Positions 60,700-64,000 of a DNA stretch of 64,000 nucleotides are shown in pieces (position 1 is the first letter of the stretch; every line of letters starts with the position of its first letter). The DNA is taken from NCBI GenBank assembly GCA_030704615.1, contig CM060732.1, forward strand, positions 60,884,001 through 60,948,000, written 5' to 3'. The notes under the pieces were generated by a model that had not been told where the DNA came from, made no database searches, and worked only from the letters and a program-made list of their open reading frames with translations. The translations under genes were made by a program, and so were the position numbers. Source of the stretch: Takakia lepidozioides. Taxonomy: Eukaryota; Plantae; Bryophyta.

Positions 60700-63600
60700 C
60701 TATTGTCACATTGGCAGTATCATGTCAAAGTCACTCCAAACTATCAAAGCTTCACTCAACCAGCTAACTTGCAGAATTCAACATGGAAATTTAGGGCCCA
60801 TTCTGATAAGAGGGAAAACAACCTCAGCCTTGCTGCTAGCAGCTGAAGCAGCTGAGATTGATGGCGTGAAGTTCTTCCAGCAAACACCCCAACCCTACCT
60901 ACAATAACATATCAAAATCACTACAAAACACCATAGATCGACCAACGAGCTTCTCCTCATCTATGTTATCTGTTTTTGGATACTTTCCTGCTGCCACATC
61001 GGCAGTAATTTGTCAAAGTCACTCCTAACCACCACAGATCCACCCAACAAGCTAACATATAGAATTCAATATGCATCTCAAGGCCGAGTCTGATGAGAGG
61101 ATAAAACAAGGACCTCTTATGTGTGCAGCTTGTGTGTGCAGCGTTCAGAATGACATCTGGTAATCTGACAGGCATTCACTTTTTTGCCTTGGTTGTCCCA
61201 CCATTGACTGGGGTCAGAAAAGTATTCATACCACAGCTTTTCCTCATCTCTGTTTACATGTTTTTGGATACTTTCCTGTGTCACATAGGCTGTATCACGT
61301 CAAAGTCACTCCAAACTACCATTAAAGGTTCACTCAACCAGCTAACTTGCAGAATTCAACATGGAAATTTAGGGCAGATTCTGATACGAGGGGAAAACAG
61401 GGTGAAATGTGTTGAAGAAGGTGCCTTCTCCTCATCTATGTTATCTGTTATTGGATACTTTCCTGCTGCCACATCGGCAGTAACTTGTCAAAGTCACTTT
61501 TAACCACCACAGATCCACCCAACGAGCTAACTTACAGAGTTCAATATGCATCTTAGGGCCGAATCTGATGAGAGGGTAAAACAGACAGAAATAGGTTGAA
61601 GAAGAAGGTGCCCTCACCACATTGTCGTTGACCTTCTGTCATGACCCATGGAGGATATGACCGAACATCAACCCTAAAGGACCTTGTGTGTGTGCCTGAA
61701 GCCTTCAGAATGACATCTGGTAATTTGTAGGCATTCACCTTTTTGCCTCATTTGTCCCAACCATTGGCTGGGGTCACAAAAGTATTCATCCCACAGCTTC
61801 TCCTCATCTTTGTTTACCTGTTTTTGGATACTTTCCTCTGTTACATTGGCAGTATCATGTCAAAGTCACTCCAAACTACCATTAAAGGTTCACTCACAGC
61901 TAACTTGCAGAATTCAACATGGAAATGTTGGGCATATTCTGATAAGAGGAGAAAACAGTGAAATGTTTTGAAGAAGGTGTCTTCTCCTCATCCATGTTAT
62001 CTGTTTTTGGATACTTTCCTACTGCCACATCGGCAGTAACTTGTCAAAGTCACTCCTAACCACCACAGATCCACCCAACGAGCTAACTTACAGAGTTCAA
62101 TATGCATCTTAGGGCCGAATCTGATGAGAGGGTAAAACAGACAGAAATAGGTTGAAGAAGAAGGTCCCCACCCTCGTTGTTTTTACTGTGCCAGTAGCAA
62201 AGATGGACTTGGCTGCTAAGTCATAGAAAAGTAGGGCTACTGAAGAAGTTATCTATAGTCACTATATGACCCTTCCCTTCAAATCCAGCCAGCAGCCTTG
62301 TGACAACTCCATATCCAGACCCATGCGTCAAATCATTTCCCTCATCCTTCCCTAGATACACCTCCAGTTTGTGAACATACTTAGAAGTTGCCCCACACAA
62401 GCACCATGCCTTTATGCCCCACTTCACGGGCTTCTTCGCCATGTACTGCTGAATTCGAGCATACCTCCCTTTCTACTTCACCATTTGCTCATCCACACAC
62501 AGGTTCTGTTCAGGCCTCATGAATGTAGCATACAAGTCATTTTGCGCATCTATAAGCCAACGAGTTTTTGCTAGCTTATCAAATGCCGGCTCGTTTGGAT
62601 CAGCGACCACATCTCGGTTGTCAACAAGGTGGAGGCATCTCAAGATGCTCTCCCACCTGTTGCACGACATGATGCAAATTATAGAAGGGCAATTGAAGAA
62701 ACTATCATTGTGCTTCCAATACAGCCTAGTGTTAGGAAATCTTGATGCCCATAAGAATATGAACATCAATCCAGGCCCTCAATTCACGAACTGTAAGCGG
62801 GTACCAAATAGAGACTGGCCAAAACAAATTGAAAAAGTCAATCGGGTCATCTTTGGCAGGTGGGCCGAATTGCTATTCCACATGTCGTCAGCAAAGAAAT
62901 CATGAGGGCCCCATCCCTCCCAACCTTCTGACAATTCATACAGGCCCAGCTCCCAGGTGGGGAGCCTAGTGTCTACACAGAAGTCCATCAAGTCAGGGTT
63001 CTCAGTAGGATCAGGATTAACACCCTCTTCTTCCAAAGGATCAAAATCAGAATTAGAATCATCATCACACTCTGATAATTCACCCCCCCCTCACCACATT
63101 GTCCTTGACCTTCTGTCATGACCTATGGAGGATTTGACCGAACATCAACCCTTAAGGACCTTGTGCGTGTGCAGCTTGTGCCTGAAGCCTTCAGAATGAC
63201 ATCTGGTAATCTGTAGGCATTCACTTTTTTGCCTCATTTGTCCCACCATTGGCTGGGGTCAGAAAAGTATTCATCCCACAGTTTCTCCTCATCTCTGTTT
63301 ATCTGTTTTTGGATACTTTCCTGTGTCACATTGGCAGTATCATGTCAAAGTCACTCCAAACTACCAAAGGTTCACTCAATCAGCTAACTTGCAGAATTCA
63401 ACATGGAAATGTAGGGCAGATTCTGATAAGAGGGGAAACAAGGTGAAATGTGTTGAAGAAGGTGTCTTCTCCTCATCCATGTTATCTGTTTTGGATACTT
63501 TCCTGCTGCCACATCAGCAGTAACTTGTCAAAGTCACTCCTAACCACCACAGATCCACCCAGCGAGCTAACTTACAAAGTTCAATATGCATCTCAAGGTT

Positions 63601-63750
63601 GAGTCTGATGAGAGGGTAAAACAGACATAAATAGGTTGAAGAAGAAGGTGCACTCACCACATTGTCCTTGACCTTGTGTCATGACCCATGGAGGATTTCA
63701 ACGAACATCAACCCTAAATAAACACTTGTGTGTGCAGCTTGTGTTTGCAC
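60700..63750 (-). pseudogene. Tandem ~550-bp units encoding OSB-type PDF motifs (copies ~61110-61245, 61643-61805, 63120-63290; partial ~63680-63750)
   Basis: EEKLWDEYFSDPSQWWD(N/K)x GKKVNAYRLPDVILKASG..RSLRVDVRS(N/Y)PPWV resembles the OSB motif LW..FF.NP..WWDNR..K.N...PDF.HK..G.ALW....P.WV. Confidence 0.72.
62173..63087 (-). mobile_element. piggyBac-superfamily (DDE_Tnp_1_7) transposase fragment without termini
   Basis: YW..IMSCNRWESILRCLHLVDN..DKLAKTRWL..LCVDEQMV..QYMAKKPVKWGIKAWCLC..VYLGK..HIVTIDNFFSS, with internal stops. Confidence 0.9.
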
Positions 63751-63909
63751 ACGGCCTGCTAAGATCAAGCTGACTCTCCCAAGAACCTTGCAAACATCAG
63801 GAAGAATACCAAATCATGGTACTGACAGGAGCCAAGAGCCCACCTTTACAGGATATACAAACTTCTTCAGATCGTACATTTAGAAAAAGCGACACCCTTC
63901 CCCCATCAT

Positions 63910-64000
63910 TTGCTTGATCCTTCATTTGCCAAGACAATCTCTTCAGCAAGTCTTCAGCTCAGCATGGATTTCCTCAAATTCGTTGAGAGCTTGTAGCTTG
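63910..64000 (-). pseudogene. PPR E+ domain fragment at the window edge
   Basis: EEIHAELK..LKRLSWQMK, similar to 2750-2800. Confidence 0.6.

Noticed and set aside
61560-61600. Hammerhead ribozyme (CTGATGAG in the repeat units)
   Set aside because: No GAAA core or stems I-III at the right spacing

Overview
This is eukaryotic nuclear DNA from a non-seed land plant (bryophyte, lycophyte or fern grade), judged from the PLS-DYW PPR debris, a Met-tRNA-primed chromovirus, a centriole SAS-4-like gene and a plant-type USE/TATA Pol III promoter. Apparently intact genes are a 4-exon mitochondrial ALDH2 (-), an RNase MRP RNA gene invisible to the ORF track (-), a SAS-4/CPAP-like coiled-coil gene (-) and, head-to-head with it, a 16-exon ABC1K14-like atypical kinase (+). 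The rest is mostly decayed genes and transposons. Decayed genes include several PPR pseudogenes, an AIG1 exon, a divergent COX17, an RLK relic and a Crinkler-type PD-(D/E)xK nuclease relic. Transposons include L1 and RTE-type LINE pieces, copia relics, a near full-length Ty3/gypsy chromovirus next to a 500-N gap, a second LTR element with an accessory ORF, hAT/Tourist/foldback MITEs, a SINE and a piggyBac transposase fragment. The most unusual signal is at 59.8-63.75 kb: tandemly amplified OSB-type 'PDF' ssDNA-binding motifs lie directly upstream of, and in phase with, a PLS-class PPR reading frame, suggesting a now-decayed PDF-PPR fusion gene. All family calls come from motif recognition by eye; no database searches were run.
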